NCBI GenBank assembly: GCA_029261055.1
Contig: JAJDCA010000066.1
Location: 157 to 64,156 of the forward strand
Origin: Candidatus Omnitrophota bacterium
GTDB taxonomy: Bacteria; Omnitrophota; Gorgyraeia; Zapsychrales; Zapsychraceae
Length of the DNA: 64,000 bases
Reading direction: 5' to 3'
Positions 18,776 to 28,623 of this stretch are shown here, piece by piece; position 1 is the first letter of the stretch; the number at the start of each line of letters is the position of its first letter. A program made the translations under genes and the position numbers. The notes beneath the pieces are model-generated. The model saw only the letters and a program-made list of their open reading frames with translations, was not told the DNA's origin and searched no databases.

Positions 18776-18803
18776 TTGACATTTTCTAAAAAAGTGATAT
18801 ATT
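18776..18803 (+). promoter_or_regulatory. sigma70-like promoter (TTGACA, 16-nt spacer, TATATT) for rplM-rpsI
   Basis: Read from sequence. The -35 plus spacer (ttgacattttctaaaaaag) is almost identical to the promoter at 42202. Confidence 0.5.
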
Positions 18804-18833
18804 TACGGTTCATCTTTTACGAGGAGAGTTTAA

Positions 18834-19268
18834 ATGATACAAAAAACATACATGGCCAAGGCATCTGAAATAGAACGTAAGTGTTATATTATTGATGCCA
18901 AAGATAAAATTTTAGGACGTATTGCTGCCAAGGCGGCTACTATTTTGCGTGGTAAACATAAAGCCATTTATACACCACATGTGGATACAGGTGACATGGT
19001 TGTGATTATTAATGCGGAGAAAGTCAAAGTTACAGGTAAAAAGTTGGAACAAAAAGAATATCAACGCTACTCTGGTTATCCTTCAGGACAAAAATCTGTC
19101 AAGCTGAGTGTTATGTTAGAAAAAGCCCCGACACGAGTACTACGTCTTGCTATAAACCGTATGATTCCAAGCGGTCCATTAGGAAATCAAGTCAAAACAA
19201 AATTAAAAATTTATGCTGGGGACCAACATCCTCATCAAGCACAAAAACCGATTGCTTTAGCGGTTTAA
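18834..19268 (+). CDS. rplM: 50S ribosomal protein L13
   Basis: ILGRIAAKAATILRGKHKAIYTPHVDTGD is diagnostic of L13. The true start could be the ATG at 18852 (MAKASE...). Confidence 0.9.
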   Translation: MIQKTYMAKASEIERKCYIIDAKDKILGRIAAKAATILRGKHKAIYTPHVDTGDMVVIINAEKVKVTGKKLEQKEYQRYSGYPSGQKSVKLSVMLEKAPTRVLRLAINRMIPSGPLGNQVKTKLKIYAGDQHPHQAQKPIALAV

Positions 19269-19291
19269 TCTAATTTAAGGAGTTTGATCAC

Positions 19292-19687
19292 ATGGTTGAA
19301 ACAGTAAAATACGGAGCTACCGGACGTCGAAAATCTTCTATTGCCCGCGTCAATTTAATTCCTGGTGAAGGAACTATTCGTGTTAATAAACGCACATTCG
19401 AAAATTATTTTCCGCGTGAGACAGACCGTATTACCATTTTAAAACCTCTTAACCTCACCAATACGCTTGGAAAATTTAATATTGAAGCTAAAGTTTCTGG
19501 TGGTGGAAGCACTGGCCAAACAGGAGCTCTTTGCTTAGGAATTTCCCGCGCTTTAGCTTTATGTGATCCTGAAAATAAACCTGTCCTCAAAAAAGCCACT
19601 CTTCTAAGACGCGATCCCAGAATGAAAGAAAGACAAAAGCCCGGTCAAAAGGGAGCGCGAAAGAAATTCCAGTGGGTTAAACGATAA
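19292..19687 (+). CDS. rpsI: 30S ribosomal protein S9
   Basis: 131 aa. YGATGRRKSSIARV N-terminus and the ...FQWVKR C-terminus typical of S9. Confidence 0.9.
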   Translation: MVETVKYGATGRRKSSIARVNLIPGEGTIRVNKRTFENYFPRETDRITILKPLNLTNTLGKFNIEAKVSGGGSTGQTGALCLGISRALALCDPENKPVLKKATLLRRDPRMKERQKPGQKGARKKFQWVKR

Positions 19688-19744
19688 CGGTTGGATATTT
19701 CTGAACGTATCGTTCAGAATTACTCACCACACATTTCAGTAATA

Positions 19745-19797
19745 AAAAGCCTATCTCCCTTTGAAAAACAATTGACGAGATAGGCTTTTTATTTTAT
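19745..19797 (+). terminator. Rho-independent terminator after rpsI
   Basis: 13-bp stem aaaagcctatctc / gagataggctttt followed by a T-run. Confidence 0.55.
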
Positions 19798-19830
19798 TAT
19801 GATTTCTAATTATTTGTCGTGGAGGATTTT

Positions 19831-20850
19831 ATGATTAAAACAGGTATAGTTGGGATTAGTGGTTATTCCGGAGGCATACTTCTAGAAATTTTATTGAAGC
19901 ACCCTCAAGTGCGCGTCACTTATGTAAGTGCCAATAATACGCACGGAAAAGTGGACACCATCTGGCCACAAGTGGCGGGATACACTAATCTTACATGTGA
20001 AAAATTTGATGTAAAAAAAGCAGCTAAACATTGTGATTTTATATTTTTAGCTGTGCCGCACACCATTGCTATGCAAGTCACGCCAGGCTTGTTAAAAGCC
20101 GGACTTCGTGTCATTGATTTAAGCGGCGATTATCGCCTTAATTCTATTCAACAATATAAAAAATGGTACGGAGCTGCACATACAGATGCCAAAAATATTA
20201 AAAAAGCGGTCTATGGGTTACCCGAGCTTTACCGTGAAAATATCAAAAAGGCCAACCTCATTGCTAATCCAGGGTGTTATCCAACAGCTGCTTTACTAGG
20301 CTTAATACCTTTAACTTCTACGCATGCCACGGCTATTCAATCTATTATTATCGATGCAAAATCAGGCGTCACAGGGGCAGGACGTAAAGCTAAACTACAA
20401 CTCAATTTTTCTGAAATAAACGAAAATTTTAAAGCGTACAAAGTTTTAAATCACCAACATGTCCCGGAAATGGAATTATATTTATCTAAAATATCTAAAG
20501 AAAAATTCACGATCAACTTTGTCCCACATTTATTACCAGTAAACCGCGGCATTTTAGAAACTATCTATGTACAAGTGAATAAATGTTTACCCTTAAAAGA
20601 TATTCATAAAATTTATACACGTTTTTATAAAACAGAACCTTTTGTACGCATTCTTCCATTAGGACAACAACCGGAATTAAATAATGTTACAAAAAATAAT
20701 TATTGTGATATCGGCCTGGCAACAGATGCAACCAATCAACTCTTGGTCATCACATCTGTCATTGACAATCTAATGAAGGGCGCTGCAGGCCAAGCCGTGC
20801 AAAATATGAATATCATGTGTGGATTTGACGAAAAAGAAGGATTACATTAA
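19831..20850 (+). CDS. argC: N-acetyl-gamma-glutamyl-phosphate reductase
   Basis: Catalytic-Cys motif GCYPTAALLGLIPL. Start placed at the ATG at 19831 behind a GGAGGA RBS. The ORF-track start at 19819 is a GTG. Confidence 0.9.
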   Translation: MIKTGIVGISGYSGGILLEILLKHPQVRVTYVSANNTHGKVDTIWPQVAGYTNLTCEKFDVKKAAKHCDFIFLAVPHTIAMQVTPGLLKAGLRVIDLSGDYRLNSIQQYKKWYGAAHTDAKNIKKAVYGLPELYRENIKKANLIANPGCYPTAALLGLIPLTSTHATAIQSIIIDAKSGVTGAGRKAKLQLNFSEINENFKAYKVLNHQHVPEMELYLSKISKEKFTINFVPHLLPVNRGILETIYVQVNKCLPLKDIHKIYTRFYKTEPFVRILPLGQQPELNNVTKNNYCDIGLATDATNQLLVITSVIDNLMKGAAGQAVQNMNIMCGFDEKEGLH

Positions 20851-20852
20851 AA

Positions 20853-21995
20853 ATGAAAATCATAAAAGGTGGAATAACACAACCTCAAGGCTTTAAATCT
20901 AACGGTATTGCCTGTGGGCTTAAAAAATCTGGAAAACTGGATCTCGGATTAATTACCAGCGATATTCCCGCAGTGTCATCTGCTGTATTCACAAAGAGTT
21001 CCATTAAAGCGGCTCCGTTGCTCGTGTGTCAAGAACACATTCGCAATCATATAACCCAGGCTATTGTTATTAATAGTGGTAATGCTAATTGTTTTACAGG
21101 AAAACAAGGCCTTGCTTGCGCTCAAAAGACCACGGAATTAATTGGCAAAAAACTCGCGATTCCTCACGAAGATGTCCTTGTCGCCTCTACAGGTATTATT
21201 GGAAAACAATTATCTTTTACAAAAATTCAAGATGGCGCCAAAAAGTTAATTAAAGGATTAAGTCCTCACGGGGCAGATAAAACCGCTCGCGCGATTTTAA
21301 CAACAGACATTACAACCAAAGAAATCACTGTTGAAATCACCTTAAGCGGCAAAAAAGTAACGATCGGTGCTTGCGCCAAAGGTTCAGGAATGATTGCCCC
21401 GAACATGGCGACCATGTTGGCGTTTATCACCACCGATGCCGCTATTAGTGCAAAAATGCTGAATACAGCCCTTAAAAGTGCGTCCGATCAATCCTTCAAT
21501 TGTATTTCTGTAGACGGATGCATGAGCACCAATGATATGGTTTCAGTAATGGCCAATGGATTGGCCAAAAATAAGAAAATTACAACGGCGAATAAAGATT
21601 ATAAAACATTCTGCAATGCCCTCAATCATGTCTGCCTTGATTTAGCTAAAAAAATTGTCTTAGATGGAGAGGGCGCCACAAAATTTATTGAAATCCAAGT
21701 TGTCGGCGCAAAAAACTATAAGCAGGCTCAAGAAGTTGGCTTAAAAGTCGCCAACTCAAATCTTGTTAAAACCGCCGCTTACGGCAATAATCCTAACTGG
21801 GGACGCGTCGCCGCTGCCGTAGGTTCCGTAGGAATTAAAGAAGTTACCGAAAATAAAATCAAATTCAAATTCAGCCCGTTCACACGAAAACATATTATCA
21901 TCCATATTAATCTTAATATCGGTGCGCACAAAGCCGTCGTCTACACCTCAGATTTATCTTATAAATACGTAAAAATTAATGTGGAGTACACCTAA
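20853..21995 (+). CDS. argJ: bifunctional ornithine acetyltransferase / N-acetylglutamate synthase
   Basis: 380 aa. ATMLAFITTDA self-cleavage site region typical of ArgJ. Confidence 0.9.
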   Translation: MKIIKGGITQPQGFKSNGIACGLKKSGKLDLGLITSDIPAVSSAVFTKSSIKAAPLLVCQEHIRNHITQAIVINSGNANCFTGKQGLACAQKTTELIGKKLAIPHEDVLVASTGIIGKQLSFTKIQDGAKKLIKGLSPHGADKTARAILTTDITTKEITVEITLSGKKVTIGACAKGSGMIAPNMATMLAFITTDAAISAKMLNTALKSASDQSFNCISVDGCMSTNDMVSVMANGLAKNKKITTANKDYKTFCNALNHVCLDLAKKIVLDGEGATKFIEIQVVGAKNYKQAQEVGLKVANSNLVKTAAYGNNPNWGRVAAAVGSVGIKEVTENKIKFKFSPFTRKHIIIHINLNIGAHKAVVYTSDLSYKYVKINVEYT

Positions 21996-22874
21996 ATGGA
22001 AGACGTCATTAAAAAAGCTGGAATTCTTGTTGAAGCGATTCCTTATATTCATGCCTTTCGACGTAAAGTATTTGTCATTAAATATGGTGGCAGTATCCTT
22101 GATCATGATGCGATCCGAAAAAACATACTCGAAGATATTGTTTTTTTGAGTTACGTTGGCATTCATACCATTCTTGTTCATGGGGGAGGGCCCCACATCA
22201 GCGGCCGCTTAAAAGAGGCCGGTGTTAAACCTGAATTCCACAATGGTATTCGTGTGACCGATAAACAAACCCTCGCTATTGTTAGCGAAGAATTAGGAAA
22301 ATTAAATAAATCTATCGTCGAAGAAATCAAAAGTTTAAAAGGGGATGTTACCGGATTAAAAGGGCATGAAAATATTATCCATGTCAAAAAACGTAAATCA
22401 TCTAAAGATCTTGGATATGTCGGAACGATTACCAACATTGAAAAAGAAGCTTTGGAAACACATTTAAAAAAAGGACACATCACCGTTGTTTCACCAATGG
22501 GTATTTCGGTAGAAAAACAACCGCATAACATCAATGCTGATGAAGTCGCTAGTGCGATTGCCACGTCTATGAACGCAGAAAAATTAGTTTTGCTCACTAA
22601 TGTACAAGGTGTCATGCGTAAAGCAGATGATCCTGAGTCATTAATTTCCACCTTAAACATCGATGAAATTCAAAATTTAATTGAACTCAATGTTATTCAA
22701 GGAGGTATGATTCCTAAAGTCAACTCTTGCGTCGAAGCTTTACACGGTGGTGTTAAAAAAACACATATCGTGGACGCCCGTATCCCGCATGCCCTCTTAC
22801 TTGAATTTTTTACCACTCTTGGTATTGGAACTCAAATACTGAAGAAATCCCATGAAAAAAAATCAAATTCTTGA
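21996..22874 (+). CDS. argB: acetylglutamate kinase
   Basis: 292 aa. VIKYGGS and HGGGP amino-acid-kinase motifs. Confidence 0.9.
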   Translation: MEDVIKKAGILVEAIPYIHAFRRKVFVIKYGGSILDHDAIRKNILEDIVFLSYVGIHTILVHGGGPHISGRLKEAGVKPEFHNGIRVTDKQTLAIVSEELGKLNKSIVEEIKSLKGDVTGLKGHENIIHVKKRKSSKDLGYVGTITNIEKEALETHLKKGHITVVSPMGISVEKQPHNINADEVASAIATSMNAEKLVLLTNVQGVMRKADDPESLISTLNIDEIQNLIELNVIQGGMIPKVNSCVEALHGGVKKTHIVDARIPHALLLEFFTTLGIGTQILKKSHEKKSNS

Positions 22875-24045
22875 AAATTACGACAAATATATCCTGTCCA
22901 CGTACACACGCACGCCCGCAATCTTTGTAAAAGGCAAAGGGATGAATCTTGTAGATATTGACGGAAAAAAATATCTCGATTTCTTTCCCGGATGGGGCGT
23001 TAACAATGTTGGGCATTGTCATCCGAAAGTTATGTCGGGCGTTCGTGATCAAATTTCAAAATTGATTCACATCCCAAATAATTTTTATCATCCTAATCAG
23101 GTCAAATTAGCCAAAGAAATCATCCGTTGTTCCTTCAAAGGAAAAGTCTTTTTTTGCAACAGTGGGGCTGAAGGCAATGAAGCGGCCATAAAATTTGCTA
23201 GGGTCTACGGCAAAGGGCAACGTCACGAGATTATTACGATGAAAAATTCCTTTCACGGACGCACTTTAGGCGCCTTAGCCGCTACAGGGCAACCCAAATA
23301 CCACGAAGGATTTGAACCATTACCTAAAGGATTTAAAACCGTACCTTTTAATGATTGGAACGCATTAGAGTCTGCTGTCACTGAAAAAACAACGGCCATT
23401 TTATTAGAATTGGTTCAAGGGGAAGGTGGCGTCAATATTGCACCTAAAGAATATATTCAAAAAATACGAAAATTATGCGATCAAAAAGATATTCTGTTAA
23501 TCCTTGATGAAGTTCAGACGGGGATGGGGCGCACAGGAACGATGTTTGCTTTTCAACAATATGATATTCAACCGGATGTCATGATTCTTGCCAAGGCTCT
23601 TGGTGGAGGATTACCGATCGGCGCTATTGTGGTTAAAGATAGTATCGCCGATACATTTCAACCTGGCATGCATGCATCCACGTTTGGTGGAAGTCCGCTT
23701 GTCAGTAAAGCGGCCTTAGGCACATTTAAAGCTATTTTCAGCGATAAAATGTTACAAAATGCAAAAAAAATCGGGGCTTATATCCTTAAAGAGCTAACGC
23801 AATTGAAACAAGAAATTCCCTACATTGTTGATGTCCGCGGTCTTGGACTGATGATTGGTATTGAGCTTAATATGGAAGGTAAAGAAATTTATGAAGAGTG
23901 CTTCAAAAATGGACTTATCATCAACTGCACACAGGGAAACATTTTACGCTTTATGCCGGCGTTAAACGTCACCAAAAAACAAGCGGATAAAGCTATTTAT
24001 ATCCTTAAAAAATCATTAACAAAGGTAACCCAAAATGAAACGTGA
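22852..24045 (+). CDS. argD: acetylornithine aminotransferase
   Basis: 397 aa. Class-III aminotransferase (LILDEVQTGMGRTG, PLP-lysine region), sitting in the arg operon. Confidence 0.85.
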   Translation: MKKNQILENYDKYILSTYTRTPAIFVKGKGMNLVDIDGKKYLDFFPGWGVNNVGHCHPKVMSGVRDQISKLIHIPNNFYHPNQVKLAKEIIRCSFKGKVFFCNSGAEGNEAAIKFARVYGKGQRHEIITMKNSFHGRTLGALAATGQPKYHEGFEPLPKGFKTVPFNDWNALESAVTEKTTAILLELVQGEGGVNIAPKEYIQKIRKLCDQKDILLILDEVQTGMGRTGTMFAFQQYDIQPDVMILAKALGGGLPIGAIVVKDSIADTFQPGMHASTFGGSPLVSKAALGTFKAIFSDKMLQNAKKIGAYILKELTQLKQEIPYIVDVRGLGLMIGIELNMEGKEIYEECFKNGLIINCTQGNILRFMPALNVTKKQADKAIYILKKSLTKVTQNET

Positions 24046-24973
24046 CTTAATGAGTTTACATGATTTATCATCCGACGAAATTCTGCATATTCTAGATCTT
24101 ACGCAAAAAATCAAAAATGATAAAACAATGGGGAAGGCAATTCTCAAAGACCAATCGATTGGTCTTGTATTCCAAAAACCATCCAACCGAACACGCGTAT
24201 CATTTGAAGTCGGTGTCACGCAGCTTGGCGGACATTGTTTGTACTTAGGGCCGGATGAAATTAATTTAGGTGTCCGTGAATCAACAGCTGACGTTTCCAA
24301 AACATTATCCCGGTATTTAAACGGTATTGTCGCTCGAACGCATACCCACCAGGATATTGAAGACCTTTGTCGTTATTCATCTGTCCCTGTAATTAACGGC
24401 CTGTCGGATTTATATCATCCTTGCCAGGCGTTAACTGATCTTTTTTCAATTAAAGAAAAATTTGAACAGATTAAAGGTTTAACTTTTGCTTATATCGGAG
24501 ATGGCAACAATGTCTGCCACTCCTTATTAATCGGATGTGCTAAAGTCGGCATTCATATAAATGTAGCAACACCCAAAGGATATGAACCTGACGAAGACGT
24601 TATCGAAACGGCTAAGACTTATGCAGAACAATCCGGCGTCAGCATTGATTTAAGCAACTCTCCCGAGGAAGCCGTTGGACAAGCCGATGTCATTTATACC
24701 GATGTTTGGGTCAGCATGGGACAGGAAAAAGAATCTGAAAAACGCTTAGCTGATTTTGATAATTTTCAAATCAACGAAAAACTCATGCAATTAGCCAACA
24801 ATAAACACATCTTCATGCACTGCCTGCCAGCTCACCGCGGCCAGGAAGTCACCGCAGAAGTGATCGACGGCCCCAATTCCATCGTCTTCGACCAAGCCGA
24901 AAACCGGTTACATACGCAAAAAGCAGTACTGATGTTTTTATTCCAAACACAAGAGACCTGTCAAACTGAATAA
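24035..24973 (+). CDS. argF: ornithine carbamoyltransferase
   Basis: 312 aa. STRTR carbamoyl-phosphate motif and HCLP ornithine-binding motif. Confidence 0.85.
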   Translation: MKRDLMSLHDLSSDEILHILDLTQKIKNDKTMGKAILKDQSIGLVFQKPSNRTRVSFEVGVTQLGGHCLYLGPDEINLGVRESTADVSKTLSRYLNGIVARTHTHQDIEDLCRYSSVPVINGLSDLYHPCQALTDLFSIKEKFEQIKGLTFAYIGDGNNVCHSLLIGCAKVGIHINVATPKGYEPDEDVIETAKTYAEQSGVSIDLSNSPEEAVGQADVIYTDVWVSMGQEKESEKRLADFDNFQINEKLMQLANNKHIFMHCLPAHRGQEVTAEVIDGPNSIVFDQAENRLHTQKAVLMFLFQTQETCQTE

Positions 24974-26310
24974 TGAAAGAATCTGAAACAACTGAACTTA
25001 AAAAGTCTACCGCTGAATTGAAAGATGCCGTTATTTCCATTGCAGCGATTCTCAATAAACATAGCCAGGGAGATATATATTTTGGGATAAAGGATAATGG
25101 GACTATCGTTGGACAGACGGTTGGTCGCCATACTATTAAAGAAGTCACGCAGACAATTGTGGACAATATTGAACCAAAAATTTATCCCAAAATTGAAGCA
25201 AAAAAAATCAAAGGCAAAGAGTGCGTCGTTGTAGAATTTCAAGGTTTGAACAGTCCCTATTTTGCTTATGGCCGGGCGTATATGCGCGTTGGAGAGTCTG
25301 ACAAACAACTAACTGTTAAGGAAATCGAAGAACAGATTGTGAAAAGAAAAAAATTTCTATGGGAAAGTGAGATTTCTAAGAAAACCTTGGAGGATGTTAA
25401 TGACGCAGCTATCCAAGAGTTTATGCGCAAAGCAAAAGAGGCTGGCCGGATTAATTTTGAGTTTACAAGCACGAAAGAGACACTTCGGAAACTTAGCTTG
25501 CTATCTGGAGATCAGTTAACAATGGCCGCCGAAATTTTGTTTTGCGATAACAGTCGTATGGAAATTCAGGCTGCTGTTTTTGCTACAGCAGTAAAGGCCA
25601 CTTTTCTTGATATCAGTAAATTTGAAGGAAATCTTTTTAGCCTGCGTAAACAGGCGGAAGCCTATGTCAAAGAGCACATGAAATGGCGAGCAGACATGAC
25701 TGGAAGTCGACGCAAAGAAATTCCAGAAATTCCCATACGAGCACTTTCCGAAGCAATTGGAAATTCATTGTGCCATCGGGATTATTCAAATCCAAAAGGT
25801 AATGAGGTTGCAATTTTCAAAGACCGAATTGAAATTTACAACCCAGGACAATTTCCAAATGAATTAGATCCGGATGATTTTATCAAAGGTGACGGATATT
25901 CTGTTTTACGTAATCCTTTGATTGCAGAAACAATGTACCGTTCTGAAGATATTGAAAAATGGGCGAGTGGCCTAAGACGGATTTACGATGAGTGTATGAC
26001 GAATCAGGTAAAGGTCGAGTTCAAAAGAGTTAAAACAGGATTTGTTGTGTGTTTTTATCGGCCTAAATGGGAAAACGGCGAAGGTTTAGAACAAAACATC
26101 CAGGAAGGTAAAGAGAAAAGTTCGGAGAAAAGTTCGGAGAAAATACTTCGCTTACTTAAAGAAAATAACACCATTTCTGCCCAAGAATTATCAGGATTAA
26201 TCGGAATAAGCTCCCGTGCCGTTGAAAAACATTTAGCCACATTGAAGAAATTAAACAAAATTAAACGTGTCGGCCCGGATAAGGGGGGGCATTGGGAAGC
26301 TGTGGAATAA
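24973..26310 (+). CDS. AlbA_2 (divergent AAA / Schlafen-like) plus HATPase_c_4/wHTH putative DNA-binding regulator (often mis-annotated as RecG-like)
   Basis: 445 aa. N-terminal ESETTELKKS...GDIYFGIKDNGTIVG (AlbA_2 core). Central IRALSEAIGNSLCHRDY (HATPase_c_4). C-terminal wHTH (ISAQELSGLIGISSRAVEKHLATLKKL). Its start overlaps the argF stop (TAATG). Confidence 0.6.
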   Translation: MKESETTELKKSTAELKDAVISIAAILNKHSQGDIYFGIKDNGTIVGQTVGRHTIKEVTQTIVDNIEPKIYPKIEAKKIKGKECVVVEFQGLNSPYFAYGRAYMRVGESDKQLTVKEIEEQIVKRKKFLWESEISKKTLEDVNDAAIQEFMRKAKEAGRINFEFTSTKETLRKLSLLSGDQLTMAAEILFCDNSRMEIQAAVFATAVKATFLDISKFEGNLFSLRKQAEAYVKEHMKWRADMTGSRRKEIPEIPIRALSEAIGNSLCHRDYSNPKGNEVAIFKDRIEIYNPGQFPNELDPDDFIKGDGYSVLRNPLIAETMYRSEDIEKWASGLRRIYDECMTNQVKVEFKRVKTGFVVCFYRPKWENGEGLEQNIQEGKEKSSEKSSEKILRLLKENNTISAQELSGLIGISSRAVEKHLATLKKLNKIKRVGPDKGGHWEAVE

Positions 26311-26403
26311 TATTTTCTTGATATTGCATCATAACTCCATCGAATTCGATGGGTTTAAAAATATATTAAATTCAAATATAAAAAACTCAGAACTTGCTAT
26401 TAC

Positions 26404-28494
26404 ATGAAAAACTTCATCTATACACTCTTATTTACCCTTAGCATCCTTTTATTTTGCCAAGCTGAGGCAGGTTTCACAAAAGTCACTTCATCAATGGATA
26501 CCAAAAAAACACCTATCCCGGCAGAAGAAATTATTCAAAAACTTATAAATACTTATGCGGTTATGGAAAACTATCAAAGTGAGGCCAAATATATAGGGCA
26601 GTTTGAAATCGATGGACAGATTGTAAAAACTGAAACGACTATGTTGATCAAATTAGGCAAGCCAAACTTATATCACATCAATTGGAAATCTCAGGAGAAC
26701 CAATTTGGCGAAAGCCCAGGAACAATTTGGAACGCCGGGAAAGGAGCATTTAAGTATACCGAATCAACAAATACTTATATCCAAATTTCAGAAATGCCAC
26801 AAGAATCATGTGAGATGAAAAATCAAAAAGAATGGTTGAATATAACAGAGCCATTGTTTGACATTTTCTTTAATTGCAACAATACCTCTTCAAAAATAAC
26901 ACAATTTAGATTAGTAGGAACAGATACGATCAACGGAGAAGACAACTACATCCTCCATCAAACCAATGATTCTTACAAACACACTTTATGGATTTCTAAA
27001 AAAGATTTCTTGATCAATAGGTATAAAAAAGAACCCCTGACAGAAGATTTAAGTATAGATGCCTTATCTGCAAGCCTGATAGATTCTTATGAAGATATGG
27101 GAATTGATCTTACTGAACAGGACAAATCAAAAATAAACAAATTTACGGGAATTTCTTATTTCTCATTAAATACAAGTGAATTTAAAAATATGCACATAGC
27201 ACTAAATTTTTATAATAATTTAATTGATGAAATAAAAGATAATAATGAATTCATATATTCTCTTCCTGAAAATGCTCAACTAAAATCATCTGAAAATATT
27301 ATTCCAAACAAAGAATCTATGCTACGCATACTAAAAAATCTAGATGGATTAAATTATACAATGTTATACACAAAAGGTCTTGAGCTTAGCGAAGAATCCG
27401 TAAGCGACCTCGAGAAAGAATTAGAAAACGATCCTTATAATTTTGAAATACGTTTGCAGATAATAGGGTATTACAGTGCTGATACTGACTCCGAAGAATA
27501 TCGCAGAATTAAAAATAAACACATTCTGTGGATTATTGAAAACCAACCGGATTATAAGGAAGGTAGTAGTATAATCTCTTCCCTATTTTATATTTTTCCT
27601 GACATTAATCCAAATGCCTATGATAAAGCCAAATCATTGTGGTTAAAACAAATTGAACTTCATAAAGATAATCCTGTTGTACTTACGAACGCATCTAAAT
27701 TTTTTTACCTTGTAGACAGTGAACTCTCAAAAGAAATTTTAAATATTGGAAAAAATATTGATCCAGATAATCTTTATTGGGAAGAAAGATTAAAATTCTT
27801 AAATTCATTAAATCCAAAAGATGGTATTCATAAAGAGTATTATGTCAACGGAAAATTAAAATTAGAGACAGAATATAAAGACGGCAAATACAATGGAATA
27901 TATAAAACATATTATGAAAGCGGCTCTTTAAAATTTGATGGAAATGTTAAAAATGGCGTTTATCACGGGATGGGAAAAAAGTATTATGAAAATGGACAAA
28001 TAAGTTTTATCGGGAATTTCAAAGAAGGAGCAAATGATGGTCTGTATAAATTTTTTCATGAAAGTGGTGAATTAATGCACACGTGTACGCAACAATTTAA
28101 AAAAGAAGGATTTACCCGAAAAGACTGCCAACAATATTCTTCAACAGGTGAAATAGAAAAAGAATATTATGCATTAATTTATAAACAGGATAAAGGTACT
28201 ACTCTGGAAAAAATATTTACAAACGATCATCTGTCTATTGAAAAAATCTATGATGAAAATGGGACTATTATAAAAGAAAAAGCATATACTAACGATGGGA
28301 AGCTAAAAGATGGCATTAATTATAACTACTATGATACTGGTAAAGTTCATTATGCACTAAATTACAAAAAGGGGATAAGAAAAGGTGTTAGTAAAGAGTA
28401 TTATGAAAACGGCAGCTTAAAAAAAGAAGTATCTTACACAAAGACGGCAAAAGAATTGGAATTTACAAAGAATTTTATGAAACTGGGGAAATAA
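26404..28494 (+). CDS. secreted MORN-variant (YwqK-like) repeat protein; apparent frameshift near 28436, with the repeat array continuing in another frame to 28583
   Basis: 696 aa. Signal peptide and a C-terminal array of YYENG.LK.E..YK.GK..G repeats. After the annotated stop, the +1 frame reads KDGKRIGIYKEFYETGEIKEEWSYKEGELIRKKKY...*, i.e. two further perfect MORN-variant repeats. Confidence 0.7.
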   Translation: MKNFIYTLLFTLSILLFCQAEAGFTKVTSSMDTKKTPIPAEEIIQKLINTYAVMENYQSEAKYIGQFEIDGQIVKTETTMLIKLGKPNLYHINWKSQENQFGESPGTIWNAGKGAFKYTESTNTYIQISEMPQESCEMKNQKEWLNITEPLFDIFFNCNNTSSKITQFRLVGTDTINGEDNYILHQTNDSYKHTLWISKKDFLINRYKKEPLTEDLSIDALSASLIDSYEDMGIDLTEQDKSKINKFTGISYFSLNTSEFKNMHIALNFYNNLIDEIKDNNEFIYSLPENAQLKSSENIIPNKESMLRILKNLDGLNYTMLYTKGLELSEESVSDLEKELENDPYNFEIRLQIIGYYSADTDSEEYRRIKNKHILWIIENQPDYKEGSSIISSLFYIFPDINPNAYDKAKSLWLKQIELHKDNPVVLTNASKFFYLVDSELSKEILNIGKNIDPDNLYWEERLKFLNSLNPKDGIHKEYYVNGKLKLETEYKDGKYNGIYKTYYESGSLKFDGNVKNGVYHGMGKKYYENGQISFIGNFKEGANDGLYKFFHESGELMHTCTQQFKKEGFTRKDCQQYSSTGEIEKEYYALIYKQDKGTTLEKIFTNDHLSIEKIYDENGTIIKEKAYTNDGKLKDGINYNYYDTGKVHYALNYKKGIRKGVSKEYYENGSLKKEVSYTKTAKELEFTKNFMKLGK

Positions 28495-28623
28495 AGGAAG
28501 AGTGGAGTTACAAAGAAGGAGAATTAATTCGTAAAAAGAAATATGCTACATCAGGTAATATGCTTTCTGTAGAAAATTACTAAACCAAAAAATATACTAT
28601 TACATTGCTTTAGGAGAAACCAC

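Noticed and set aside
22178-22660. 160-aa minus-strand ORF
   Set aside because: Inside argB; antisense shadow of a well-supported gene.
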